Shown in pieces: positions 63,424 through 64,000 of a stretch of 64,000 nt of DNA. This stretch comes from Mobula hypostoma (Eukaryota). Every line of letters starts with the position of its first letter. The first letter of the stretch is position 1. Below the pieces are notes generated by a model that was not told where the DNA came from, searched no databases, and worked only from the letters and a program-made list of their open reading frames with translations. The stretch is from NCBI RefSeq assembly GCF_963921235.1, contig NC_086109.1, positions 9,426,001 through 9,490,000 on the forward strand. Direction: 5' to 3'. The position numbers were made by a program, and so were the translations under genes.

Positions 63424-63760
63424 CTCCAAGGGGACCACAACCTTGTTGTAGGGTTTGGAGGCTTGTGTGTCTTAATGACCCGGAGAGCTACGTTGGCTGG
63501 AGTTAGGGCTTTATGCTTTGGTTCTTGGTAGGGTCATCCATACCAAAAAGGTCAAAGGGCAAGGGCTAGACTAAGAGTGGTCCACCAGTCCTCCAGGTTT
63601 GGGGGTTCAGCTCTGGGCTAACAACCCCGAACTTGTTAAACAAAATTGTTACGGAAACAACAATGAAGAACCGTTCTACGTCTGTGTGCGACGCTGTGGA
63701 CAGACAGAGATGGAGGACCATCATTGCTGTCCTAAACGCCATCGGCTTAACGGGCGGTAG
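63424..63760 (+). mobile_element. short non-autonomous RTE-derived element
   Basis: Same family as 39498-39915. Confidence 0.6.
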
Positions 63761-64000
63761 CTAACAAATGACAAAACAACAACAGCAAAACAAACCCCGT
63801 TCCTCCACATCTTTGTCCTTAAACCCTAACCTGACCCTTAACTCTCCCCTCTGTTCTGAAGACCATCCCCGAGACCCCAAGAAAAACAAAAAATAAAATA
63901 CTAAGTTTGAGCAGGGACCACAACAGAGACCATAGCTCGGTATTATTTGTCTGGAAGCTCTGTCTGTCTATCTAGATAGATAAATAGAGCTTCCAGTCAA

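Noticed and set aside
47600..64000. Additional pepsinogen paralog or TFEB exons downstream of pgc
   Set aside because: No aspartic-protease or bHLH-ZIP peptides seen in the ORF track or by eye; short or non-coding exons cannot be excluded.

Overview
Eukaryotic (vertebrate) genomic DNA. The repeat landscape (CR1, V-type tRNA-SINEs, Penelope-derived palindromic repeats) suggests a cartilaginous fish, probably a ray; this is an inference. Two spliced genes lie on the + strand. The first is the last four coding exons of an FRS2/FRS3-family FGFR adaptor (1483-9995), called FRS3 from diagnostic residues and adjacency to PGC. The second is a complete, intact 9-exon pepsinogen C/progastricsin gene (ATG 25006, stop 47259, 393 aa, both catalytic DTG motifs). 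Most of the rest is transposable-element sequence: CR1, Rex1/L2-type, RTE and L1 LINE fragments, SINEs, a full-length degenerate Tc1 with IR/DR ends, an internally deleted Harbinger, MITEs and a solo LTR. The best observations are: minimal hammerhead-ribozyme motifs in Penelope-derived repeats inside pgc introns; an apparently unmutated U6 snRNA retrocopy with TSD 52 bp downstream of a pgc splice donor; an FRS3 that keeps FRS2-type MAPK-feedback and Grb2 sites; a convergent CTCF-motif pair bracketing pgc; and RTE/Tc1 elements that are horizontal-transfer candidates. I found no evidence for a wholly new gene system. The novelty candidates are RNA-structure, regulatory and evolutionary ones. Comparisons with human proteins, U6 and repeat families are from memory, not from searches.
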